A DNA stretch of 64,000 nt from the human T2T-CHM13v2.0 reference genome, Homo sapiens, in assembly GCF_009914755.1 (NCBI RefSeq), contig NC_060926.1; one strand, given 5' to 3'. The position numbers and the translations under genes are program-made. Below the pieces are notes generated by a model. That model was not told the origin of the DNA and did not search any database. It saw only the letters and a program-made list of their open reading frames with translations. Below are positions 40,204 through 58,104 of this stretch, piece after piece; the first letter of the stretch is position 1, and each line of letters starts with the position of its first letter.

Positions 40204-41929
40204 CTTTGTGGTTTTATCTACCTTTGGTCTTTGATGATAGTGACGTACAGATGGGGTTTTGGTGTGGATGTCCTTTCTGTTTGTTAGTTTTCCTTCTAAC
40301 AGTCGGGACCCTCAGCTGCAGGTCTGTTGGATTTTGCTGGAGGTCCACTCCAGACGCTGTTTGCCTGGGTATCAACAGCGGAGGTTGCAGAGCAGCGAAT
40401 GTTGGTGAACAGCAAATGCTGCTGCCTGATCGTTCCTCTGGAAGTTTTGTCTCAGAGGAGTACCCAGCTGTGTGAGGTGTCAGTCTGCCTCTACTGGGGG
40501 ATGCCTCCCAGTTAGGCTACTCGGGGGTCAGGGACCCACTTGAGGAGGCAGTCTGTCTGTTCTCAGACCTCCAGCTGCGTGCTGGGAGAACCACTACTCT
40601 CTTCAAACTATCAGACAGGGACATTTAAGTCTGCAGAGTTTTCTGCTGCCTTTTGTTTTGCTATGCCCTGCCCCCAGAGGTGGAGTCTACAGAGGCAGGC
40701 AGGCCTCCTTGAGCTGCAGTGGGCTCCACCCAGTTCGAGCTTCCAGGCTGCTTTGTTTACCTATCCAAGCCTCGGCAAGGGCGGGCGCCCCTCCCCCAGC
40801 CTTGCTGCTGCCTTGCAGTTTGATCTCAGCCTGTTGTGCTAGCAATGAGCAGGCTCTGTGGGCGTAGGACCCTCTGAGCCAGGCACGGGATATAATCTCC
40901 TGGTGTGCCGTTTGCTAAGACCGTTGGAAAAGCGCAGTATTGGGGTGGGAGTGACCCGATTTTCCAGGTGCCGTCTGTCACCCCTTTCTTTGACTAGGAA
41001 AGGGAACTCCCTGACCCCTTGCGCTTCCTGGGTGAGGCGATGCCTCGCCCTGCTTTGGCTCACACTCGGTGTGCTGCAACCACTGTCCTGCACCCACGGT
41101 CCGACACTTCCCAGAGAGATGAACCTGGTACCTCAGTTGGAAATGCGGAAATCACCCGTCTTCTGCGTTGCTCACGCTGGGAGCTGTAGACTGGGGCTGT
41201 TCCTATTCGGCCATCTTGGCTCCACCCCCTCACCTAACATTTGTCAGGCACTACTGGTAAGCCAGGCAAGTTCTTCCTGACAGGTTCTTAACCTGCCCTA
41301 ATAAACACCTAAGTTTGTTACCTCAATCATATACATATTGGGTATATGCCTGGTAGAATTGCTGAGTCATAGGATATGCATATTCGGTTTAGTAAATACT
41401 GCCAGTTTTTGAAAGTGATTGTACTAGTTTTACATTCCCAGCAATAGTTGTATAAGATTTCCCTTGTTTTGCATTTTTACCAATACTTAAAATGGCCTGC
41501 CTTGAGTTGTTGATACTTGTGTCATTTTTGACATCTGTCATCCAGACTCAACCTCCTAGGGAGCTTGACCCTTCCCTTTTTTCAGTTTTCTCTCTAGCCT
41601 AGGTTCAGTCAGCAAGACCTATCAGATTTTTCTTTTATATTGCCTTTGTCCTTCCTCCATTGCCACAGCTCAAATATTAGTCATATATGGAGTAAATATC
41701 AGGTGATTTGGATATCAGGATTATGACAGTAGTCTGCCAGTTGGTGCATCTTCTAGTATTTCTGCTTTTCCAATAAATCCTGCACAGCCAAGAAAATGCT
41801 TCATGAAACACCGCACCATTGCTCTGCTCAAAAGCCGTCAACAACCCTTCATTGCCCATTGGATATCAGCCTTCCTCCCCCTCTTCCTTTTCCACCTGTA
41901 CCTCTCTTCCTTCCTCCCTTCTTCCGTTC

Positions 41930-48300
<6,371 letters not shown>

Positions 48301-49126
48301 GTTTGGTTTCTCAGTCCCCAGTCACACCTGTGCAGCTTAGGAATTAGCAAATGCCGGGAGGGAAGATTGCAAGCAGAACGTTGAGTTCCTGTTTCTATGG
48401 AATCTTGGCCCGTAGAAAGTCTGCTTTGATACCATTAATGTCCAGTGTTTGTTCCGGATGAGACTGCTGCGGAGTCTAGTTTATGCCTTTCTATGTGGCC
48501 CAGTGTGCCTTGCATATGAATAAGGAAATGCTCTGAGGCCAGAGGCTGCAGGGAAGCCAGCTCAGAGCATTTGTCAGTACTCTCCAATCCTGGCTATTTG
48601 GATCCTTCTGGAATGCCTTCAAACCATTTGCTCTCTTTGCTTGCTTGTTTCTTTTTGGTATTTTATCCAGCTTGCATAGTTGTTCTCAGAGGGCGGGTCA
48701 GCCTGGTACCTTCTGCTGGGCCATAGCTAGCAGCGTAAGCCTTGGAGCCCTGGCACTTGAAACCCCACACTGTCCAAGCACAACTTACCCAGCCTTGCCT
48801 CTTCACAGCCACCTGTTGTGTCCACCCTGTGCTTAGCCTAGACTTTCCACACAACCTTTTCTTGCTGCTCTCTCAGTCCTGTCCATTCCCATCAAAAATC
48901 GAATTGTTCTTCAGACCTGTACAATCTCCACTTCTGATTCCTGGCATTGTGACCCATGAGATTCTTCCTCTGCAGTGAATTCATAGCAATAACTGACCGG
49001 CCACTGTAGCATTTCTTGATGTATTATATCATGTGCCTTGTATTTAGCTTTCATCCAGTTGGGGGAGGGCGGGGATGTTGTAGTGTACCTCTTTGTACCA
49101 AGATTGATTTGCTGCATATCTTGCAG

Positions 49127-49244
49127 GTGAAAGCATGTATTGCCAATGTAGAACCCAACCAAACAGTGGAGATCAATGAGCAAGAAGCATTGGAAGAGAA
49201 ATTGGAAAATGTGAAAGCCATTCTGCAGGCATATCATTTTACAG
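49127..49244 (+). CDS. CENPO: CENPO exon 4 (VKACIANVEPNQ...QAYHFT)
   Basis: TTGCAG acceptor, G|GTTTTG donor, 118 nt. Confidence 0.94.
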
Positions 49245-49370
49245 GTTTTGTTTGTTTTTTTAACCTAATTTAGTCTGGGTCTGCCTCTAGTGAGTTAGTT
49301 TGCTAGATGTGTTATCAGTCCTGGAATTATTTCATAATTTATAGTATTTTACACCCTCTGCCCTCATCAC

Positions 49371-49401
49371 TCACACACACACACACACAGACACACACAC
49401 A
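49371..49401. repeat. (CA)n microsatellite, once interrupted
   Basis: Direct reading. Confidence 0.9.
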
Positions 49402-49673
49402 GCTGACGTGCTATTTGTAGGCCTATCTTCACCTACAAGATTGACTGGCCCCTTTGTACAGCAGCTCAGTTGGTGGCTGGCTTATTCCACTCATCTTAAC
49501 AGTTCGTCATGTGCCAGACCTTGTACTAGAACTGTCTTTACTGCTGGCTTGTTTTCTGCCACTAGTGAAATAGTTTGAACTTTCCAAGTCTCCGTTTCAC
49601 CGTAAATAGGGATTTATTCTCCCATCTATGCCACAAGATAGTTGTGGGAAGAACTGGGGACTCTGACAAATTA

Positions 49674-50004
<331 letters not shown>

Positions 50005-50245
50005 ATTTCTCAATAGTTTGACATTTAGGTTGTTTTTTCATTTTTACCATTCTTCCATGGTTTTAACAACTCAGTCTCAAAGTGAGCCGGAGCCAAGGGG
50101 AAGAATGAGCCTATGATACTCATTGAACAAACATTTGTGTACAAAGTATACATATTCTAGGCACTGTGGAAGCTACTGGAGGCACAGATGAGTAAGACAT
50201 CACCTTGGCCTGCTGTCTATTGAGGTGTCTTCTTGTTTGCCTCAG

Positions 50246-50505
50246 GCCTCAGTGGTAAACTGACCAGCCGAGGAGTTTGTGTCTGCATCAGTACTGCTTT
50301 TGAGGGGAACCTATTGGATTCCTATTTTGTGGACCTTGTCATACAGAAACCACTCCGGATACATCACCATTCAGTCCCAGTCTTCATTCCCCTGGAAGAG
50401 ATAGCTGCAAAATATTTACAGACCAACATCCAGCACTTCCTGTTCAGTCTCTGCGAGTACCTGAATGCTTACTCTGGGAGGAAGTACCAGGCAGACCGGC
50501 TTCAG
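50246..50505 (+). CDS. CENPO: CENPO exon 5 (GLSGKLTSRG...KYQADRLQ)
   Basis: CCTCAG acceptor, CAG|GTATCT donor, 260 nt; HHSVPVFIPL Mcm21/CENP-O motif. Confidence 0.96.
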
Positions 50506-51394
50506 GTATCTCTCTGGGATGTTATATGCCTCATCCGTGGGCCCAAGATCAACTTAAAAGGGGGATGTTTTTTGTATTTTCAGTGTTTCCTAACTGTGAG
50601 TTAGAAGTTTGACCGTTACCTTTCCGATGCTTGTTTCTTATTTATATAAAAGCACTATCCCACCCTCTTTTCTTTTGAAACTCTGGATGGCGTTGAAGCC
50701 TGGGTACTGGTTAAAGGATTATGCACCCCTGAATGGTGGTCTTCAAGCTTTTATCCTAAGATTGTACAGAGTGCAGTTGCTATACTTTTGATCCATCAGG
50801 GATTTATGGCGTGCCTACTATGTACCATACCGAGTGCCTTGCTGAACCTTGGGTATAGATCTCATTAGAGAAGAAAGGTTTCTGCAGTGCCATGGAACAA
50901 TGCTGTCCATCTTCCCCTAAACTCTAGCCTACCTTTTTGGGTTGCAGTTGAGCTAAGGTTGGGTGAAAAAAGTAGATAGGAAATTAATGCAAATAGGCTG
51001 TAAGTGCCTCCTACAAGCTTAGCATTTCCCCCTCTATGGATTTGGAGTAACTCTGAAGCTCTCAGCTGTAGATTTAACTTAAATTGAAATGTGGATGCAG
51101 TCATGAAGCATCTTAGCCGTGTAACGTCAGTGAAGTTTCTGCAGAAACAGTCTCTTGCGAAGCTGTACCCCTGGCCATTTAGGCCTATAGGCCTTTCCAG
51201 GCTGCCAGTGACTCTTAGTTATCTTAGGCATCTTTTTCATTAGTCCTTTTTTCAGACCTTTTTCTGTCCCTCATTTATTTCTCTGAAATGTAATCGATGG
51301 GCCTCTTTTTGGTTGACGTAATTGAAGGGTCAGTAAACACCACCTTTGGAACTGCAGTCATCCTCTACTTCGTTTTGTTCCTCACCCCTCTTAG

Positions 51395-51566
51395 AGTGAC
51401 TTTGCAGCCCTCCTGACTGGGCCCTTGCAGAGAAACCCACTGTGTAACTTGCTGTCATTTACTTACAAACTGGATCCAGGGGGTCAGTCCTTCCCGTTCT
51501 GTGCTAGATTGCTGTATAAGGACCTCACAGCAACTCTTCCCACTGACGTCACCGTGACATGTCAAG
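51395..51566 (+). CDS. CENPO: CENPO exon 6 (SDFAALLTGP...DVTVTCQ)
   Basis: CTCTTAG acceptor, G|GTAAGA donor, 172 nt. Confidence 0.95.
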
Positions 51567-52255
51567 GTAAGAAGGGTGCCTCAGTGCAGAAATTCTCATA
51601 TCCCAGTTTATTTGAGTGAAACAGGGAAAATAGGTAGAATCCATGAAGTAGACCTCTTGAGACACTTTCTCTGTTTATATACTATACATTACTCAGACCG
51701 GTAAGATAGAACATTCTTGTTTCTACCAGTCTTTTCCTTCCTCTTTGTAAATGGTAAACATGATTGTCCCCATTTTCCCTTCTCCTTTGCCCACCCACCT
51801 CAGCAGTGTTCTCGCAGCCTATGATTTGTTTTCACTGGGGGCCCTGCTTCAGGAAAGACACCTAATGATAAGGCTGAGTCATGGGTCAGTTATGGTGGAT
51901 GGAGCCAGAAGACTCATTTCACTGTGAAGACAAATGGACATGACACGTCAGCACACACTTACTCCTCCCTACGGAGCAGTCTCTAAATGGAAATCCTTCC
52001 AGACTGGCTGAGAGAGAGATTTTTTGGTGAACCTGTTTCAGTTAAATGTGACATGGGCAATAATGAAAAATTGGGTGAAATGTTTTTAGGAGGCAGAAAT
52101 TTTGAAGCTGCCCCAGATTTCACACCATCGGTCTTTGATTTCTCTGCGCAGTTAGATTCCAGTCCCCAGTCTCTAGATTGCATTGGTCCAGTAAGGGGCA
52201 GCCTTAGTCCAGACCAAAAAAAAAAAAAAAAAACTGTATGGGTCCAGTGGGTCCA

Positions 52256-52405
52256 GAATATCAGTGATCCAGGTTCCGATTCCCCCAGCTGCACTGAGTG
52301 AGATTGAATATCAGTGATCCAGGCTCCGATTCCCCCAGCTGCACTGAATGAGATTGAATATCAGTGATCCAGGCTCCGATTCCCCCAGCTGCACTGAATG
52401 AGATT
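52256..52405 (+). repeat. 50-bp tandem repeat, 3 copies
   Basis: GAATATCAGTGATCCAGGYTCCGATTCCCCCAGCTGCACTGARTGAGATT at 52256, 52306 and 52356. Confidence 0.97.
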
Positions 52406-52425
52406 GATGGAATCTTTCTTTTTAG

Positions 52426-52562
52426 GAGTGGAAGTATTATCCACTTCATGGGAGGAGCAACGAGCATCTCATGAAACTCTGTTCTGTACGAAGCCCTTGC
52501 ATCAAGTGTTTGCCTCATTTACAAGAAAAGGAGAAAAGTTGGATATGAGTCTGGTCTCCTAA
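52426..52562 (+). CDS. CENPO: CENPO exon 7 coding part (GVEVLSTSWEEQ...KLDMSLVS*), exon ends 52597
   Basis: TTTCTTTTTAG acceptor; total CDS 903 nt = 300 aa; GAG|GTAAGT donor after the stop. Confidence 0.95.
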
Positions 52563-53936
52563 TAGATTGTTTTCACTGCACTGGGAGCACATCAGAGGTA
52601 AGTAACCAGTACTGAAGACAGTACCAGGTGGGTAGTACTGTCTGATGAAGGGTACATCACCCTTCTGATGAAAACAGACACCTACCTGTTCATCTGGATG
52701 GAAGAGCAGGTTTGAGTATAGACACTGGCATTTTTGAACAATTCCCATGATCACCTGGTCCCTTCTTAAAATGCTCAAGATGTTTTTTAAAGGTATTAGT
52801 TGATCATACATTTTAGTTGAAAATCATTTGTGGGGCAATAAAAGCCATTTTTTGAAAAAGGTGTATCACTCAAGAAGTACTTATGGAAAAATATCAAATT
52901 ATTGAGGGCATTAACTTCTGGGAAAGACCAGGCAATTAAGTTGTCACAGTAACTGCTACTAATTTAATGCCAGGAATAGAGATGCCAAAAATCCTAAAAT
53001 TTTCAGAAAGGGCTCTCACAGAAATGTAGCACTCCACTCAAACTGCAATAGCTTGATTCTGTTGAGAAACACTGATCTAAATAAATGGAAAAATAACCCA
53101 CATTCACTAATGAAGATAATAAGGAAGACCCAATATTTTTTTTTTTAAAAAAGGAAAGTATTTTTAGCTTTTATGAAAGCTTTAAGTAATTTTTCCTCAT
53201 TTTCCTGTTTGAAACTTTTGAAAAGGAAGTTCTTCAGTGTTTGGTTAGGCGCAGTGTATTCTAGGCCACTGCTTTATAAATATGGTGTGAGAAAGCAGTA
53301 GGATAAAATAATCAGAGTTCAGTGTGTCTCATATTTTGTTTCCTAAAAGTTTAGTAGAGCTGTGAATGTACTAGGAAGTCCCCTCTGAAAAAGCACAGTT
53401 AGTTAGAAATCTGCCCATAAACTCAGGGGGACTCAGGCGCCCCCCGGGTCTTCCCTCTCCTGCAGGCTCTCCGGTTAGTGTCCTGATTTGCCGTAACCAT
53501 GGGCCTCTGACCTGCTGGCACCTCTGGTTCCTTGGCGTGTGGGTCACTCACAGATATGAAAACCTGTGTCTGGCTGACCAGGTTCTCCTGTAGCCCTCCC
53601 TTGCCCAGGCACAGATAGGAGTCATGACTGGCCCAAGGCCACGTTCAGACTTAACCCTGCAATGGCCACGAAGTAACCTCCGTGTGGGAGAGCTCCAGGA
53701 ACAGTGCAGGGGATTAAAGCCAGCTTGGAGTACCCTTTAGAAGAAAGTTTAAGAATAAAAGAGACAGGGCCAGGCAGCAGGCGTTCCGGGGTACAGTGAG
53801 CTATGATGAGACCTTCAAGCTCTTGCCTTCCAGGCCTGTGGTGGGGACCAGTGGCATGAGTCAGCAAAGTACCAGCACTCCTCAGATAAGTGATATTAAC
53901 AGAATTTCCACAATCACTTTCAAGTTGAATAAAGCT

Positions 53937-53942
53937 TTTAAT
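53937..53942 (-). terminator. ADCY3: ADCY3 poly(A) signal ATTAAA
   Basis: TTTAAT on + strand about 740 nt past the ADCY3 stop, at the end of an AU-rich block. Confidence 0.7.
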
Positions 53943-54680
53943 AAAACAGTCTTGTTCTTTATCAATACCTGTAAATTCTCTTAAAGCAGTAGCAAAGGCG
54001 ACTGTAGCAAGAGCTCAAAAGGCAAGGCAATATCGGAAAGTGTATTTAACAGAAGATTAAAAATATAAATGTAGAAGATCTGTTTATATATTTTTCTTTC
54101 AGAAATAAATCCCCCCTCCCCTGCCAGGTGAAAGGAAATATTGCACTTTCTGTTCTCATGACTAAGGGGACAGGAGTTCCAGAAGAACCTTTCAAGATGA
54201 TCAGGAACACCAGGACGAGGGCCGTCTCACCTCACTCGGACCACATGGAGACCTCCCTTCAAAATGGGAGCCATGTCCTGCCCCACCAAGCCCTGTCTGA
54301 AGTGGAGCTTCCCCGCCTGTGCTCCCTCCACAGTCCCGGAAAGCCCAGCGGCAAAGGCAGCTTTGTCCCAGCTCTGCCACCCTCCTGCTCACAGTGGTCA
54401 GGGCCCCTCAGGGGCAAGGACGGCAGGGATTGGAACGAGGGCTCTGGAAGGACTGTTCAGCCCTATGCCTAAGACCCCTATGCTGGGGACACTACAGGCA
54501 CACAGAGGAATAGCAGGGCCACCCTCAGAGCTCACACATCCACGAACAAATGAAGGCTGAGGAGGTTTCTAAACCTAAAGTCCATGAGTGTGCACTTCAA
54601 TCCAGGAAGGTCGGGACTTCCTTCAGTTTCAAAAAATAAATTCTCCCTTCCGGTTTGGACTGTTGCAGGCTCGAGGCCAT

Positions 54681-54863
54681 TCAGGAGTTGTCCACCACCT
54701 GGTGGGGCAGTGTGACAGAGGGGCCATTGGGGAAGGTGGCTAGCTTATCCCGCCCCTTCAAGAAGAAGGTCAGCAGCTCCCCCTTCCCCTTCACAAAGAT
54801 GGGGCCTCGCCTCACAAAGCGGAAGCCGTACTCTCGGAGGATGACTTGGGTTTCTTCTACCAC
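54681..54863 (-). CDS. ADCY3: ADCY3 last exon ([13 protein letters not shown]...[12 protein letters not shown]...VVDNS*)
   Basis: CTCCAG acceptor, 60 codons plus TGA, adenylyl-cyclase VKGKG motif. Confidence 0.97.
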
Positions 54864-55472
54864 CTGGAGAGGGAGGGGGAGCAAGAACGTGGCGTTACGG
54901 GGGGAGCCTAGACTGAGGGCGGGTGGGGGCTTTGGGTGGTTGGAGCCGAGCACTGATCCATGGGTCCCAAGCAGTACGGGACACTCCCCAAACCTCCCAG
55001 GGCCAAGCCCTTCCACCCGTGGCGAGCAGCGGGTGGGAAGGAGAACCCTGGAGTGACTGGCTGGGGGCCTCCTCTCATCCAGAGACTTCTCTCCTAGGAT
55101 GGCCATGGTCACCTGGGTGGCAGCACTGTTACCTGGAAACTGCCACTGCCTGCTCTTCTGTCCCTTTGCCCCTTTCGTGGAGCTTTTCTGCCAGACGCCA
55201 CTGAGACAGATCACAAGGTATTAGAAGGTTCATACCCAAAGGTAGGCCATATGCATCTAGAACTTCAGCCCAGATTTTGTGGATGGGTGGAAGTGTTTCT
55301 TCCTGTGCTGAGGCTAGCTATTGCAGAGATTCTTTTCCACTTGCCCCACGTCTCTGCCTCTGGACTTACTGTTCAGGGCCAGGGTGGGAGGCAGGGGCAC
55401 GTGGGAAAGCACTGTTCCGGTTTTGTTCTCATGCCGAGTCTGAGCACGTGCCAGCTGTGCCACTGGACATAC

Positions 55473-55597
55473 CTGAATGTTGCCCATGACCCCCGTGGAC
55501 TCCATCCTGCTGGCTACATTGACTGTATTGCCCCAGATGTCGTAGTGTGGTTTCCGGGCTCCGATGACCCCAGCCAGAACCCCGCCTTTGTTCATGC
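55473..55597 (-). CDS. ADCY3: ADCY3 exon ([42 protein letters not shown]), C2 catalytic core
   Basis: 125 nt, AG/GT boundaries; [16 protein letters not shown] signature; the Ser of MES counts as residue 1076 of 1144. Confidence 0.98.
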
Positions 55598-56265
55598 CTA
55601 GGGTAGAGGCATAAAGTTCAGCACAGCCACAGGCCACACCTTGTTATGGGCCTCAGAAGCCATCTCCTCTCCAGACCTGTACCACAAAGCTCCTAATGTA
55701 ACACATCATTGTCCTCATTCAACTTGGCTGTATGCTATTGGAGGGTGGAAATCACATCTCCTGTTTATCCGTGTGCTTGTTAGGTGTCAGCCGCCACCCC
55801 CCCCCCATATGCAGATTTACTCGGCATGGTAGTGGCCAGCTTCTAACACAGCTGGTATTTCAAGTCTCCTGGGACCTCACTCAGGAATGATACCCCCTCA
55901 GTAGAAGCAGCAGGTGATCTTAACTCCTTTCAAAGAGCAGGCCTGTCTGGGAAGCCATGTCCTCAGCAGGCACAGCAACCCCTCTGGAAATGGATCACAA
56001 ACTCACTTCTCAGCCAGGCAGGCCAAGCTTCTATTGTAACAGTAGGCACAGTATAGTCGGATCATCACATCAGCTGGGTTTTTGGTTTAGTCATCTAGAG
56101 TCGTCTGGACTAAAGGTCTTTCAGGTCTCCTTGCCCTGTGAGTGCGTGAACCTCCCCACCCGAATTGCCTCAGTTGTCCTGAGCCTCATGTCTCTCCTGG
56201 TGGTGGGCCAGGCCCCTGCATGGGAAGGGAGCCTGCTGCGGGGCAGGCCAGCTGGGGGTGCTCAC

Positions 56266-56389
56266 CTATGCGCAGCATGAAGTTATTGAAGGACTGGTTG
56301 TTGATGTTGGTGAGCGTATCCTTCATGGCCAGCGCGAAGTCGGCCAGGTCAGCCAGGTGCTGCCAGCGCTCTCTCTCGGACTTGTCTTC
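56266..56389 (-). CDS. ADCY3: ADCY3 exon ([41 protein letters not shown])
   Basis: 124 nt, CACAG acceptor, G|GTGAGC donor. Confidence 0.96.
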
Positions 56390-57101
56390 CTGTGCCAGGG
56401 GACCGTGGAGAAAGTGTCAGGGGCCGCTCACTGCAGCAGCCTGCTCTGCTGCCTTCCCTGGCAGTGTTCTGGGGGTGGATTCCCTACACCTAGATGTTCA
56501 AGGCCTTACTTTTCCTCCCACAAAGGAGTCGCAGCCACGCTAGCTCTGACTTGCCACTGTGACAAAGTTCACGTAGCAGGTCTAGGCAAAGACTGGGCAA
56601 TTGAGCAGAGGAGACGGACCTGTGAGTCTGACCGTGAGGCGGGCCCCTTCACCTTGGCTGGGCCTGGTCCTGGTCCTTAGGTTTTGTCAGGTTGTCCTTG
56701 TTTGGATCCCTCAACTAGGTGATAAGCACTGGAGGGGGATGACCCGCCTTGGACGTGTTTCTTTAACCTCATCCATATAATAGGGCCGTGGGATGGTTGT
56801 AGAGGTAAAGCAGGATGATGGTGTTTTAAGACCAGAGCTTGGGACCAGGGCTCCTACACCTAATTTTCTCTCCTGGTAGCTGAACAAAGGTCTAAATTAG
56901 CTTAACAAAAGAACAGGCTGCCGTCAGCCAGAGTTCTGAAGGCCATGCTTTCAGTTTCCCTTGTTGACAATTGCTCTCCAGTTCCTATGAAAGCACAGAG
57001 CCTTAGGGGGCCTGGCCACAGAACACAACCATCTTAGGCCTGAGCTGTGAACAGCAGGGGGTTGTGTGTCTGTTCTGTTTCTCTGCTTGCCGAACTTTCT
57101 C

Positions 57102-57107
57102 AATAAA
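57102..57107 (+). terminator. CENPO: Distal CENPO poly(A) signal AATAAA
   Basis: U-rich flanks and downstream GGTGCTGGTGGTGTGTGTCT. Confidence 0.7.
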
Positions 57108-57259
57108 CCCTATTTCTTATTTATATTTACGTGGTGCTGGTGGTGTGTGTCTGGGACCACTTTGCACAGCAGTTCTTATTTCCCCCATGCTAGGTCTGGG
57201 CTGCCAATCTCTTGCCTTGGGGGCAGAGCCTCATCTCTCTGGCTACTGGGGTTAGCTAC

Positions 57260-57379
57260 CTTGTTGGAGCTGGCAAAGCCATTGGTGTTGACATCGGGGG
57301 TGACTCCTGAAGCCGCCATATACGTGCTGCCAATGGTTTTGATCTTGGTGATCACCCGGAACTTGGGATTGTCCAGGAG
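57260..57379 (-). CDS. ADCY3: ADCY3 exon ([40 protein letters not shown])
   Basis: 120 nt; [14 protein letters not shown] motif. Confidence 0.97.
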
Positions 57380-57957
57380 CTGAGGCCAGGATTCAGGAAA
57401 GAATTGTCAGCAGTCAAGGGAGAGGAATGACCCAACCCAGTGACAGATGTACCTGTTTACAAGGACCCCACTAAACCCAAGAGACACTTTCCTATCAAAG
57501 TTGTTACTTAGTCTACCGCTTATCTGCCACATGATCCTGGGAGAACTTCCTAACTTTCTGGGCCTGTTTCCACAACCTCAACACTGACATAAAATCGGCA
57601 GTCTCCTAGGGGGGCTCCGCGCGTGTGTAAAAGCATTCTCCCTGGTATACAGGTCACCCAGTCAATGCTGACCGGCTCTGAATTTGAGGAGACAGTCCCA
57701 GGACAGAGAGGTCTCGAGATGTTGCTTGGCCAGTCCTTATCCTTATCCTGTGACCCTGTGGGTGATTTCCCGGGCTCCCACCTCACCTCCCCTTCCCCAG
57801 CCCAGCAGTTCCAGGTGGCTGCAGAAGTCCATGTATTGCGGAAGGGGCTTATCTGGGAAAATGAAGCCAGTTTCTCTGGCCTCTGCAGCCTATTGTAGGA
57901 TGTGATGTGGAATGGGCCGGCTTCATGGCCAGAGTGCAGGGTGGGATGGGCACTCAC

Positions 57958-58104
57958 AGAGTCAAAATCCGAGATGATTTCATTGAGGAAACGCAGACAC
58001 TCAATACCACCATTGTTGATGCTCTCCTCTGTGTAGAAGTCAGCAAAGTTGGGCAGGGAGGCAAACATGACTCCAATCTCATCATACGTCTGGCTATACA
58101 GCTC
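57958..58104 (-). CDS. ADCY3: ADCY3 exon ([49 protein letters not shown])
   Basis: 147 nt; [10 protein letters not shown] motif. Confidence 0.97.

Larger units (their letters stand above)
54103..57130 (+). other. CENPO: CENPO terminal non-coding exon (3'UTR), antisense to the ADCY3 3' end
   Basis: TTTTTCTTTCAG acceptor at 54102; AATAAA at 57102-57107 followed by a GU-rich element; consistent with the known CENPO/ADCY3 overlap. Confidence 0.7.

Noticed and set aside
40858-41280. Intact L1 ORF0 protein
   Set aside because: The ORF0 AUG is mutated to AGG and the frame is shifted; the listed ORF begins at a GTG in mid-ORF0.
52256-52405. CRISPR-like array
   Set aside because: Units are contiguous with no unique spacers and the context is a human intron; it is a simple minisatellite.
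52616-52680. Hammerhead-ribozyme-like layout: stem, CTGATGA, stem, then GAAA
   Set aside because: Six extra bases (TCTGAT) separate stem II from GAAA, there is no NUH triplet before stem I and no stem III partner. SECIS and box C/D readings also fail on helix length and spacing.
55957-56680. 107-140 aa + strand ORFs inside the CENPO 3'UTR
   Set aside because: Antisense shadows of the ADCY3 exon and GC-rich intron; no homology recognised.
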